Assembly: GCA_047967505.1 (NCBI GenBank)
Contig: CM106538.1
DNA: 64,000 nt
Reading direction: 5' to 3' (one strand)
Source of the DNA: Dipteris shenzhenensis
Taxonomy: Eukaryota
The position numbers and the translations under genes are program-made. Each line of letters starts with the position of its first letter. Within the stretch, counting starts at the first letter, position 1. Shown in pieces: positions 12,386 to 25,129 of this stretch. The notes beneath the pieces are model-generated. The model was not told the DNA's origin and made no database searches. It was given only the letters and a program-made list of their open reading frames with translations.

Positions 12386-15120
12386 TCATTCTTGGGTTGG
12401 GCCTTTGTTAACCAGCTCCAAAGACTTCACCCCATGGTTACAACAAGGTTGGCAAACAAGGCACTCATGCAACTCACCCCCAAACCTCTCTGGATAAAAC
12501 ACCAGGCCTGACCATGGGATCGAGTGCATTTGATGTACCCCCTTAAGATCCGTCCAAAGGAAACCTCCAAATAGTCTCTCCATGTTGTGCCAACGGCTTT
12601 TCTGCAGTGCCCAGACTGAACTTACATACACAGTAGTAGCAGTCAGCACATGTTTCAAGATTACTATTTTCCCTGCACAAGACAAATACTTAGTAGACTG
12701 ATACTTAAGTTTAGCCCTTTCGCTTGTCATGTATCAATTGGTCTTTACCTGCTATGTCTACAACCATGGGACAACCTAAGTGCTGAAAAACTTGGCCTTG
12801 AGCAATTCACTGCATTCTAAAAATCTATGTGCGATCACACGTTGCACTAGAATTTCTAACATTCTACTTGGCACTGGCATGGTAAAATTGTACAAACATA
12901 TATCAGGGCCTTCACTTTTACCTCTCCCCCAATGGAAAAGAACGAGTCATCATTAGCGAACAGCTGGCTTACTTGATGCTCTCAATCTCTCCTTTGTTAT
13001 ACGCTTCCTTGGGCCTGTAAGAAAGGCTTCAATGGTATTGGGTGTGGGTGTGGGGGTGGGGAGGGCAAGAGCAGTGGTGCACGCGAGCAGTGTGGCCAAC
13101 AGACCTGTAAAGAGCATAACTTTCAACTTTCCTTGTAGCTTTTGCTGACAGGGCTCTGACCAACTGTCTGTACTTCTTCCCAGATCCGAAATGGCACAAC
13201 ACTTGGTCAATACATGCTTAAATTCTGTAGTATGCTTTCTCCAAGGCAAAATGGAGGAGCATATATGGCTTCCTGCAATGCATGATATAGTCAATCCCAA
13301 CTGCCACATTCAAAATTAGTTATAATATTTCTCCTTGGCGATTATCTTGTAAGCAGTGCTCAGAATAGTAATGTTTCCCAGGCAGTTACGCTGTTTCTGG
13401 CTGGATTCTTGCTGGATGAGTTTCACCATTCAGTTTTGGTATTCGGATGAGGTCCTGAATGCTGCCATGCTTCATTGTCCATTGAACAAAGATCTTCACC
13501 TAGTAAGTTCCATTTATACAAGAATAGTAAATTTCCTGTCCATTATATTATCTTGATTCCACCTTCAGAGGCATCTGAGATAGCAGTTTCTGAGATACTT
13601 GCCTCTGTCCATGCATCTTGTTCGACTGCAATGCTCTTCAAATGTAAGATGAAGACCTTGGCCTCTGCTGCAGGCTCCACTATCCACAATCCATCTTTGG
13701 TCTGCAATGTTCTCCTTGAACCTTTATTCTTTAGTTGTGTTACAAAACAGCCTGGATGAGCAGTCCCCCTCTGTGATCCAATTCAAGCTGTCTGTGATCC
13801 AATTCAAGCCGGACGTTATCTTGGCAGCTTTCAATTTCCCACATTTTTGAGCTTGCATAAAGTCTCCAAGCTCCTGTAAAATCTGAATAGGAATCTTAGC
13901 TTTTGCGTTCTTGCTTTTTTTCTTTTAAACCTTCTGGCGTATCTGACCAGCTTCCTAAGATCGTTTTTCCATTTAGCTCTAGCAGAGAACTCTCTGGCCT
14001 TATCTCTTTCCCAAGACAGTCAATCCCTGTAAATTCAATTAAAATGCCACATTCCCATCATCCTTGCATTGGCCTTAAGGCTGCCCTTAAAACTAACAGG
14101 ACAGTGATCTGAGATAGAGAGGCAGTAATGATGTACCCCCCAAGAGGGGGCTTAATGCACCAGCCCCAGTACACAAATAAGTCGTATCTAGTCTGGTGGC
14201 TCTAAGTGAGCTCCCTCTGTCAGTCCATGTAAATCCTCCGAAGGAACCTTCAGGTCAAAGGTTTTTGGCATCCACCAAGTCAAGCTCTTATTCCAGCTTT
14301 CTCGTCCTTTTGCTGTCTCATGTACCTCTTGGGATGAGACCTGTGAGCAGCCATAGTTACCTCGTTAAATTCTCCTCCCATGAGGTAAATCTTGCCCCAA
14401 AGTGGCCGGGGAATGGCCCTATCTGTGGTACGACGAGGAGCCCTATCTGTGGTACGAGGAGGAGCATATATCCTGAATCCTAACACCAATGAATAAGAAC
14501 CAGCCCTCTGCATCCATCCTCACTCCAATGCCTCCCTTCACCAAGATGGCAACCACCCAATTCCTCTTGGGAGAATTCAGAAATACCTGGTACTCTTGCA
14601 TTGGGCAGTCCAACAGTTCACTATCTCCCTCTCCAAACTAAGGTTTTGCCGGGTGCATTCAGGCAAAAGGACCTTCTGACAGGGTGCCTCTCATATTCCA
14701 AGACACCACCAAAAGGTCTTCAGTCCCAGCCATCCCAGCTGGAGAAGCTGGCTTCTGTACACACCGATTCTCAGCATCATTAAACGGCATAAAATAATTT
14801 GACCAAACCAAGTCCTCTTCACTTCTAAGGTTTACATGCACTATACTGACACAGCCTTGCCTTGCAGCAAGGATATTTTGAATCAATTGTAACCAGGATG
14901 AAGATGAGGCAGGAATGGGATGTACTTCCTCCACCAGCCACGTCCCACTGTTCGGAACCCTTCTTCATTTACATGCAACAGATTACCCAGTAAGGTGTTT
15001 TGCTTGAGCCACTTTCCGTAAAGCCACATTTAAAAAGCCCTTATTAATGAACTTGATATTCTCCAAGGCACATACTGAGGATAACTCCTAAGGAAATCAT
15101 TTTTGCAGCTCTTCTCGACA
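12386..15120 (-). mobile_element. Highly degenerate L1-type LINE (endonuclease/RT remnants)
   Basis: Minus-strand fragments: LLVVSWNMRG (APE endonuclease N-terminal motif, ~14700); a LEKAYYRI-like RT motif (~13240); and LSCAGKIVILKHVLTATTVYVSSVW..MERLFGGFLW, typical of the plant L1 post-RT region (12386-12730). Boundaries are approximate. Confidence 0.65.
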
Positions 15121-15361
15121 GAACCTTGCCCCCTCCCCCCCCCTTCTGGGCCTCTTTTCCCTTTGCCCCTCATTTTAAAGGGAAAGGAGATGAAAGGTAA
15201 AAGGGAGTAGCGGGAGCAGCTGAGGTGTGTTTTTTGTGTTTGGGATTCTTTATTGCTTTCAGAGGAGGATTCAGTCTTATAGGGTTGTGTACAAAATTTA
15301 GATGGGTTGAACTTGACTTTGGCTTATTGCTTACTCTGGTCATTTTCTGAATGTCTTCCAG

Positions 15362-16941
15362 ACAAGAGGGCATACAAGCATTGAGCAAGGCAACTCATAT
15401 GATCATTACTATACCTCCTGTTGCTGACTTTGACAATGATCCGGTTTGTAGTCTGCACATGAACCTCATTGTTGGCCTCTTCTTGTTCTTAAATTCCTGA
15501 TTTCGGTTTTCCTGCAGCACTTTAGAATTCTCATACGTCATTGGTGACATTATGCTTCTCTGCTACATTGAGCATGTTCCCTGTTTGCATATATAAGCAT
15601 CTGTGGACATCGAGATCTTGTTGCTTACTTTATCTTCCATTGTAATACAGGTCTTGCTTATGTATAAGGAGCATCTTATCCATGCAATTACAAACATGAA
15701 CCTGGGTTGGATTGGCTATCTTTCATCTACTGGTATAAATTTGGCATAAATTTGTACTTGGATGTTTAAAATTTACTTGCCTTCACTGTGTGCCTTCTGT
15801 TGGATATATACATAATGAAAGAATTGAGGTCTACCTTTCACCAAATTTTGCAGGGGTGTATGGCGATTATCAAGGTGAGTGGGTGGATGAAAAGTGAGTT
15901 TATGGACAGTCCCTAAACTATTTAGTTTGTGTATCCTTCCAACTAGCAATATAGCTTATGCAAGGCACCTTTTTTTTCCTGTTAGCTCCCAAACAAAGCC
16001 AACAGAAAAGCGTGCAATTGCAAGGCTAGAGGCAGAGAGAGCATGGCTACAACTGGGTATGGATTTTGGAGCTTGCATTCAAGTTTTCCGCCTTGGAGGG
16101 ATTTATGGACCTGGGAGAAGGTGATAAGGAGCACCTTTCTGTTTAAGTTGATGTTTTTTTCCAGATCAAATGGGCTCTTAATTAATAAGTACATCCTGCT
16201 ATTGATATGATTTTGCTTATTTAAGATAGGCTTTTCATTAATAAGTACATCCTGCGTTCACATGCATTTTCCCCAAGATTTTGTAATAAGGCGTGCATCT
16301 TTGTGGTGATTGTAGTGCAATTGATACCCTACTTCGTTCAGACAAACTGTCTTTAAAACAACGGGCACGGCAAGGGCAGAAGTATACATCACGCATCCAT
16401 GTGTCTGATATATGTAGAGTGATCATGGCAAGCATTCAGTCGCCTTCTCCTGGGTATGAACTAGGATTTTCATACAAGATATAACTAAACTGAGACTTGA
16501 AGGCACTGTTAGTTTGCAATTCAATCTGTCCTGGGTGGTTGATGGTTTTCTTCAGTGGCTGTAAGATATAACTGCATATTGATTGATACTGGTACCTCTT
16601 GAAGCATGTGACTTGTTAATTGACTTAAGGTTGGCGTGCCTGTTCTCAGAAGGATATACAATGTGGTTGATGATGACCCAGCTCCTCGGGGAGAAGTATT
16701 TTCTTATGCTAGGGATTTAATAATTGAGAAATGGCCAGAAAAAATGAATAAAGAAAATGACAGATCCAGTCCTGGAGTTACACTTTGCCAAGAGCAGAAT
16801 GGGATACATCAAAGTCGTCCTGAGAAAAGAGTTCTCAACACACGCTTGAAGGATGAATTAAGGGTGGAGCTGCTGTACCCAAGTTACAAATCTGGATTGG
16901 AGGCTGTGATTGAGGGCTTAAATTATTCAGTTTTTCTTTGA
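15362..16941 (+). CDS. NAD(P)-dependent epimerase/dehydratase family protein (YeeZ/At1g19690-like), 5'-partial; exons 15362-15443, 15651-15732, 15854-15893, 15986-16120, 16316-16453, 16650-16941
   Basis: Six GT-AG-bounded exons splice in frame: ATHMIITIPP / WIGYLSSTG / VYGDYQGEWVDE / RLEAERAW..FRLGGIYGPGRS / TSRIHVSDIC / IYNVVDDDPAPR..EKRVLN..LLYPSYKSGL*. The N-terminal Rossmann GxGxxG exon is not in the window. Confidence 0.92.
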
Positions 16942-17266
16942 AAGGCAGGTCTGGTTGATTGAATTCTGTTTTAGCAATTGGAAATGTGAGTGAAAATTGT
17001 TTGAAAGATTGGATCCTTGATATGCAGCCTTAAATATCAGGTGCTTGAAGTAACAAAATTACAGTTATCAGAGGCAGGATAACTGAGCAGATTATCAAAA
17101 CACAATTCACAAGCTTCTATTGCCATGTGCCTGTTCTGGAGATTCGTTTTCCAAGCTTCCTAGTCGCAGTGAGACCTTCCCATCTATTCCATATATGCAC
17201 ATGGACATTATGGGAAAGTGGTTGATGCGTCAGCTCTTCCTTGCTCTCCTATCACATCCATAGGCG

Positions 17267-17270
<4 letters not shown>

Positions 17271-17300
<30 letters not shown>
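17271..17300 (+). repeat. (CT)n microsatellite
   Basis: 15 CT units. Confidence 0.95.
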
Positions 17301-17303
<3 letters not shown>

Positions 17304-17829
17304 GACCCTTTTGCATGACAACCTTTCATGACTCAAAGAAGGCCAAGGTCCCCCTCAAGGGAGATACTCTATAAATATAAATGTAACAAGCTTTTTAGTT
17401 TTTTGTGTTTCACTCTTTCCTATTTTAGACCAACTGGCTGGTTGCAAGAATGATATAAATAACTAGCCAATCAATTTCTTCTTTTTGATACATAGACTCG
17501 AAATAGTCTCATATTTCTTAATGTCCTAACAACATAACTTTGCATTGAAATGACTCATAGAGGATTGACATAGTAAACCAAATCACAACACATCAGGAAA
17601 GTAGATGATGTGACATTTTACATCATTATCACAAAGCCATACAAAACACTATGCTATCTCTTCTAATAGACACACCATAGAAGAACACTGCTTAGTCTCC
17701 AGACTTTACATTCAAGTCACTTGTGTGCTTATTTTAGGCTAGTTGGTTGGTCCAACAGATAGCCACCTCTCTCTACTCTATTTGGTGAAAACTCTCTCTA
17801 CACACTTTTTTTTGGGGGTGAAAACCAGT

Positions 17830-19120
17830 CGTCATTATATTACAAAAAATAGTCCCAAAGAAAGGGACACTCTGCCACAAGTATTAGAAGAGCTCATATA
17901 TGACAAGGAAATAGCGTAATCTAGGTCTCGCACATGTAGACAGCCAAAAATGATTGTCATAAAGATGCACGAAAGAACTAATATTTGTTGAGAGAAGGAT
18001 CACCAAAGACCCTATGTTGCGTCCTTCCCTGAGGTCCATAGTGCCCATTAACGAACTTAGTAAAAGAGAAGATCATATCCCTAATAGGATGGAAACCAAA
18101 CTAAAAATTATTTTCAAAGGAAGCATTGGGGAAACTAGCGTGAAGTTGTTATCGTAGCCATAGCAAGAAATCATGAGATTCTAGGCAATACCAAATCAGA
18201 GGATGCAGAGTCTCACAAAGACATGCATTGTCAATAAGTGGCAAGAGCTACATGATGAAGCTATCCAAAAGGGAGAACCCCAAGCATAACCTACCATAAA
18301 TAGAACTTTTGCCGAAGTGGAAGTTTAGAACTTTTGCCGAAGTGAAAACTCTCTCTCTCTCTCTCTTCACACACACGCACTACCATTGTGAGCGGTTGAA
18401 AAATAGGAAAACGGAAAAAGTAGGATCACCAAGGACTATGATTTCTATCCTTCCATAGAGTCCAGAGCGTCCCAATAATGAACCCAAGTGAAAAACAACT
18501 CAAATCCTTGTTTGTGTATGTGAATCCCAAAAAGCCAGAAATGCTTTCCAAAGGTAGCATTAGGAAATCTAGGTCTTAAATGTTGCATAAGGCAGCCCAA
18601 GAAATCATGGGTGTGTGGACAATGCCAAAGAAGATGAGGTTGCCTTATCTGAAGCCCAAGGTGTTGTAATGTTGGGTAGCCTCAAAGGATGGGCTGATGG
18701 CCATGGTGAAGAGTCCAATCTTAAAGCTCTAGTGGTGGCATCGGCAGAAAAGGTTGAAGCATTTGAGTAAGTTTGCCATAAAGGGTGATAATGCATCCCT
18801 AAACCATATTGTCTGGTATCCAAAGGAAAAGATATGGGGGTACCATCATCATGAATGACATGAGCCACTGAATGGATCTTTTTGAAAGTAAGAAAGTATG
18901 AACATCTGGGTTTCTGCAAAGCCAGCGGAGGGTCAAAAACCCTCAACCAATGTATGCTTTCAGCTCTTAAATGAATTTTCTATAATGAGTCATTGCCATG
19001 TCATTCCAAATGTGAAAGGATATGCTTCCAATCCATTAACATTTTGGAGACCAAAGGATAGCCTTTGATTCTGCCATCAATATGACCAAAAATAAAATCC
19101 CACTGAGTGGGTTGCCACTA
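17830..19120 (-). mobile_element. Probable degenerate LINE 3'-end fragments (two related pieces)
   Basis: Minus-strand translation gives Trp/His/Cys-containing text resembling LINE ORF2 C-termini. Segments ~17995-18190 and ~18420-18610 resemble each other (GGATCACCAA..., AGCATT.GG.AA, AAGAAATCATG). No strong diagnostic motif. Confidence 0.35.
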
Positions 19121-19807
19121 ACCCCCCCCCCCCAAGCACGCATGTGCATGCACGCTCGCACATAGGCACACGCACACACACGTCCTTTGAATTCTTTCAC
19201 TTTTCACTATACTAATGATTCTAATCAGTAAGTGTTTCAAATATATATTTTTTGTTTTTAGATTAAATTTTATTGGTGCGTTTTTTGGATTCATCTAGTA
19301 CAATGGTGTAATGCAATGCATTTTTGGTGTCTTTAAAGGACTATCTTGTCCTTCAGTAATAAATATTGTCGCATCTTTACCTTTTGCTTAAGTGGTTTCC
19401 AAGCGGGTTTTATATTTGTTAATTCTAACATTTTTTGGACCCTTGATTATCCTGATGTATTGCTAACACTCATCAACCTTGGATTTCATTGATTATCCTT
19501 AATTTTGTATCCTTTGTAACCTCCAACGAACGGTGCTACTTTGAAAGACCGAAAATACGTGTGCACATATGTGCACACACACATGCACGCACACACGCAC
19601 GTTGGCACACACTTATACAAAAACTTTTGTAATTAATATTCTTCTTTAGTCAATTTTAAAAAAATTAATTTACTCCTTTAAATGCAACTTTAGTCTATTG
19701 GTACATTTCCTTTTAAACTGAGTTAATTCATTATTTGTTAGTGCTTGCCTTTGTGAAATCATTGTACTTTTATATGCTAGAATCTAGAGGCATGTTCTTC
19801 TTCTTAG

Positions 19808-19950
19808 GTAAAGTGATAACAAGCCAAGGGAAACATGCATTACTTGTCTACCCAAATTAAGCTATATTGTTTTAACATATGGTTTATTTGGATCGTGGTA
19901 GGTAAGTGGACCCTAACCTTAGAGCCTGGACTACCTGATGGATTCGACAC
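19808..19950 (+). repeat. ~140-bp dispersed module, copy 1 (others at ~20381-20520 and ~24081-24222)
   Basis: GGTAAAGTGATAACAAGCCA...GTAGGTAAGTGGACCCT..TGGACTACC.GA.GGATT is shared by three loci. Confidence 0.85.
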
Positions 19951-20125
19951 TTATTTACTTATTTTTGGTAATCCTAGCAGGGTTTGGTTGTGATAATACA
20001 TTTGAAATTAAACTTAATTTGAGTTCTTCATATTCTCCATATCTAAATTATTTCTAGTTAATGTTGTTAAGCTATTCTATGGCTGAATCGATTGTATGGT
20101 TCATTCATTGATGGGGTTATTAAAT

Positions 20126-20126
<1 letters not shown>

Positions 20127-20158
<32 letters not shown>
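20127..20158 (+). repeat. (CA)n microsatellite
   Basis: Uninterrupted CA run. Confidence 0.95.
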
Positions 20159-20162
<4 letters not shown>

Positions 20163-21199
20163 TACTTTCCCAACTATGAATTATTCTTTTATGCACCCCT
20201 CGTGAAATCTCCCCTTTATACTCTATTTTTAACCACCCCACACACCAAGCACACTAATCCTCCCATACCTCCTTTAATTCCTTCTTAACCCATGCACTAG
20301 TTCACTCCTTACTCCATTTGTGACTTAAAGTTCACTTGTGACTTAATATTATCGAAGAATCCATACGTTTTATATTCCTAGGTAAAGCATAACAAGCCAA
20401 TGAAAACATGCAGTACCTGTCTATCCAAACGTAACTATAATGTTCTAACACCTAGTTTGTTTGGATGGTAGTAGGTAAGTGGACCTTGACCTTGGAACTT
20501 GGACTACCTGAGGATTCAATATCTTTTTTCAATATAATGTTTCTCTAACTCAATATTATTTAAAATTCTTAAATTTGGTGGAATTTTTTTGCAAACTCTA
20601 CTTACTGCAATTTTCTAACTTAGATGTCTCAAACATTTTTTCCTTATATGTTTCCCTTTTTTTACTTTTTATCAAATTGATGGAATTAATTGTATGGCTC
20701 AATTATTGATGGGACTTTTTAATCTAAACACATACAAAGAGACTCTTCTAGTATTTCCAATATACTGACTCTTACATCCCCCCTTTTCAAATTTCATTAC
20801 CCTCTCTTTTTTATGCTTACTAAACTAACCCCCTTTTTTTTCATTAGTAGCTTTACCCCCTTACCTATTCTAAGCTCTCCTTTATTAATACCATAAGTAG
20901 TAATAATTTTTTAAAATTATACTTTCTAGTAACACAATACTGCCTCCCCCCCTAGAATTTTAATAGCACTTGATGCACTTTTTCATAGTTAGTGATTAAC
21001 CCTAATTAATAATGTAGTTTCTTCCCCTCTGTATTTACACTATTTTGATTTTTTATGCTTATACATTTCCCCCCCCCCTCTGATTATTTAAAGTATTGTT
21101 TCTTTCACATACTATCTATTAATAGTTATTGGAACTATTTACATATATTAATAATAATAAAACTCCATCCTTCTTTTTATCTCTCTCTCTCTCTCACAT

Positions 21200-23930
21200 A
21201 GACACACACACGCATTTTTCTTACAAAGAAATTTATCAGACACACACACACACATTAAAGAAAGATATATTCTATATATTTGAGAACTTTTAATGATAAT
21301 TTCTAAATAATTAAGATTTAATTTTTTCGTACAACCAACTCCCTAGGTATGGGACTATCCCTCTTTAATTTCTCACTATAAAATGTTTCCCCCCCTCTCC
21401 CTCTCCTTTTTCTTTACCTAATAATCCCCTTTTTTTGAATGCATAAGATTTATCCTAAAACCCCCTAGTACCCATTTATAAATTCTTTATTTGACTCTTT
21501 TTATGATATATATATGTGTATTAACTTGTTTAGTTGCTTTTATTATTTACTTTTAAAACCCCCTTTTTTAACCCTCTTGTTCTACCCCTTCTCTTCCCCC
21601 AATTAATCACCCCTAACTATTCCCTCTTTGATTGTCTCCCCCTCTTTAATTTGTTCATTTTATTTATTAGGAAAAACCATCCTCAATTGGGCGAGCCCCT
21701 TTTTTTCCCCCTTCCCCCCAAAACCCTCATGAAACCCCCTTTATTCACCCCTTTAAACACCCCCTTATTTGTTACTTTTTAAGGAAAACCCTCTAATATA
21801 TTTAGCCTACCCCCTAGTAACTTAAACTTCCCACTTTTCTAAACTAATCCTAACCGTTCGAGTCCTACGTTACCTACCCCTATCCTTGCTTTACAAGCTT
21901 GCTCCCTACTTTAACTCCTACGTGAGCACCGCCTTGCACGTTCAATGCCTCTACGCTAAATGGCGTGTGTTCACTCCTTAGAGTTCTTGCACCGCCCACG
22001 ATTCTTGGTGGTTTCTACTTCTCCTTGTTCTGCCAGCTCTCACCTTATACAAAGCTCTCTGCGTGCATTACTCGCTGGTGTCCCTTACTCCTCTGCCTTA
22101 GCCCTACGTCTCATCGATAACATTCTTACTGCATGGCATCCTTGCTTCTAGCTCTTCTCGACAGTCCACGCTCCTTCTTTATCAAGCTCCTCTCGTTGCT
22201 GCCCTTCACTGGACGACCTCTTTCCCGGGCAAGCTACTCTTACTCAGCTCCTTGTCATAAACGAACCACTGGCAACTGTCTCTTTCTCACATCGTTTAAC
22301 CTCATGTATTGCATGCCACCCCTTTTATGTAGTTGTCAGTTGTGTTGGAGCTTTCTGGGTTGTCAGTTGCTTGAAGCTTCGAAACCATTCGTTGATGTTG
22401 TTGATTGATTGCCTCTACGCTCACAGTCGCCTTTTTCTTGTTCCCTACACAAGCTTTTCTCCCTTCTCAACTACTAGTTCGTTGATGAACGACCTTTGAG
22501 TCCCGCTTGCTAGCCTGTTATGACTCCCTTTTTCTGGCCTGCTCTTAGAAGCTCGCTGTGTTTTTCCACTGCACTTTAGTTGGATAGCTTCTCGGCCCCC
22601 CTGCTTCTCTGGTGCTTGGTGTGCTTTTTCATGTTCCTCTACTGGCATTCGGCTCACCACGCCTCTTTTGAGCAACCTCTCTTACGTACTCCCTTTTGCT
22701 TTCTTACTGATTCTTCCACGCGCTTAGTTTACTGTTAACACAATGTCTACTGTCTTGTAGTGCATTCTGTTGTGCCAGCCTTCGTTTATCCTTCTCTTCT
22801 TTCATGATCTTGCTGTGAAAAGGCCCTCTTTTAGCTCTTCTTTGCTCGCTTGCCATCCCGGCTGCTGGTCGTGGTACTTACTTGTTGCACCTCGGCTTCT
22901 TTTTCCTTCAGCGGATTGACTCCTTGCTGTACTTTCGAAGTGCTCTTTCTGCGACTTCTTGCATGGCTCTTATGTTTTTTAGCCGAGTCAACCGTATGGT
23001 TGACTATGGCTCTTCTTTTAAGTATAAGTACCTTGGTTAGTTTTAACTATGGTTGGTCACAAGGGCCTTAGTTTCCTTTGTCTTTTTGTGTCTTTTCTTT
23101 TTTATGTCTTTCTTCTTGTTAAGTTTGCTTATAGGTAATGTAGTGCCCTATTCCATGGAAATTGTTGCATAAGTATTTTGTTTCCTTAAAATTATAGTTG
23201 TGCTTTTAATTATTTCTTACTTTTTAAGGTCTTATTTTTAGTGACTTGTATATAATCATTGTCTTTAAAGTGTCCTCTTATGAGAACACTTATAATCCCC
23301 TTCTTTTTTTATGCAGTATAAATGTACATAAATAAATACCTCTGGTGGTCTTCAAAATTTTGTTTTTAGCCTTTCGCTTTTCATAGTTAAAAACTAAATT
23401 TACTTCCTTGTTTCTTTTAATGTGTCCATTAAATACTTATAAATAATTAATTGACTTAATGGAAGTTTTTCTTTTGTGCAAGGATTTGTGGCTTACATTT
23501 TAAAAGGATGACTTTATTTAATTTTTCTATTTAATTAACTAAGGATGTGGACTACCCTCCTTTGTTTTTTAGAGTTATGTACTCTCATTTGGGCTTGGAC
23601 TACTCCCAATACCTTTCATTTTTTTCATTAATAGTTTTCATTGATTTGTTCTTAAACAATTCTCTTTGCTCATTAATTCCTCATTTAATTCATGGTCAAA
23701 CTATATGTTCCTCATTTATTTCCATGACTAATTATAGTTTTTACAAAGTAAGTTAGGCATTTTTTAGTGGCCTCCCTTAAATAGTTGGGCACCTAGTTGT
23801 TTAAACTACTTTAAGTTTTTGATTCCCCCATTAACTAGTGGGGCACTTAGTTATATAACTACTGTAACAGGTACACTTTATTTCAAGTGAGTGGATTCCC
23901 CCATTAAATAGTTGGGCTCCTAAGTTATAT
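21200..23930 (+). repeat. Unclassified ~2.8-kb pyrimidine-rich repeat, copy 1 (homology probably extends to ~24445)
   Basis: Collinear high-identity match to 25130-28000, for example AATGATAATTTCTAAATAATTAAGATTTAATTTTTTCGTACAACC and CCCCATTAAATAGTTG.GCTCCTAAGTTATA. Confidence 0.9.
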
Positions 23931-25129
23931 AACTATTGAAGGTTTTTTTTGACTAACCCCCTTTGTCACCTTCACTTTTAAGCCTCTAGAACTATAATTT
24001 AAGTTCTTTTTGGTTGGAGACCCCCTCTATTTTCTTGCTTAATGTCCTTTAAACATCCAAAAGGTTTGTTCAAATTCTGTGGTAAAGTGATAACAAGCCA
24101 GGGGATACAGGCATTACCTGTTTACCCAAATTCAACTTCATTGTTCTAACAAATGGTTGGTTTGGATGGTGGTAGGTAAGTAGACCCTGACCTGGAGCTT
24201 GGACTACCGGATGGATTTGACACTATTGTACTGATTCTTTGCTTAAGTTTGCAAACTCAATATAATGAAAAATTCTATTGCCAATCCTCTTGTTTTTCGT
24301 ACCAATTTTTTGGCTTACAATTTTGTCAAAAGTTATTTCAATTTAGTTTTCTTAAAGAATTTCAATCCATTTCTCATATGCATCTTTTTATAATTATCCA
24401 AATGATTGAATTAATTGTATGGTTCATATATTGTAGTAGGGACTAGCTACTATGACATCCTCACTGACGCCATCAGCGCCCAATAGTGGGTGTAGACCAT
24501 AGTATAAAAATATGCTCTCACACATACAAATCCACACACCCACACATACTTGAGCATCCATTTATACAAAGTCTTCGTATTGAGTTTCTGTCGGCACTCC
24601 GGAGGTGAAGGGCAGACTCAGCCATGATGAAGGCTAGTACTAAAGGAGAACGCTAATCAAAAGGTAGTCCAAAATCTCTTCATTCAAGCTACAGAGTTCT
24701 TTGGTCTTGTTTTTTTTTGGAGGAGGTGACCCTCTTCAGGTCTAGCCAGAGGGGCTCTCATGGTAGCTCCCTCAACTCCGACTTCCACTTGGATTATCCT
24801 TCAATCTAAACACACACACTGATCTCCTAACTAGCCTTCTAGTACCATATAATTGATTCATGATATGATAATTTTAAACATGGTCAAATGTTTGCCATTT
24901 AAGTTATTTTATGTGCTTTTTCTTTAATTACTAATAATTACTTTTTATGTGCAGAGACATTGGCTCTGAAAACTGGATGATGCATCTACTAATGGCAGTG
25001 TGCTTTATATCACTTTTTACACTTATCATAGAAATCCATTTTTTTGATATTTACTATTAGGTGGGGAGTAAGTTCCACATGGTGGGCTTACTCCCCACCA
25101 TGTGGTCTTACCTCTGAGATGGGGGTGGG

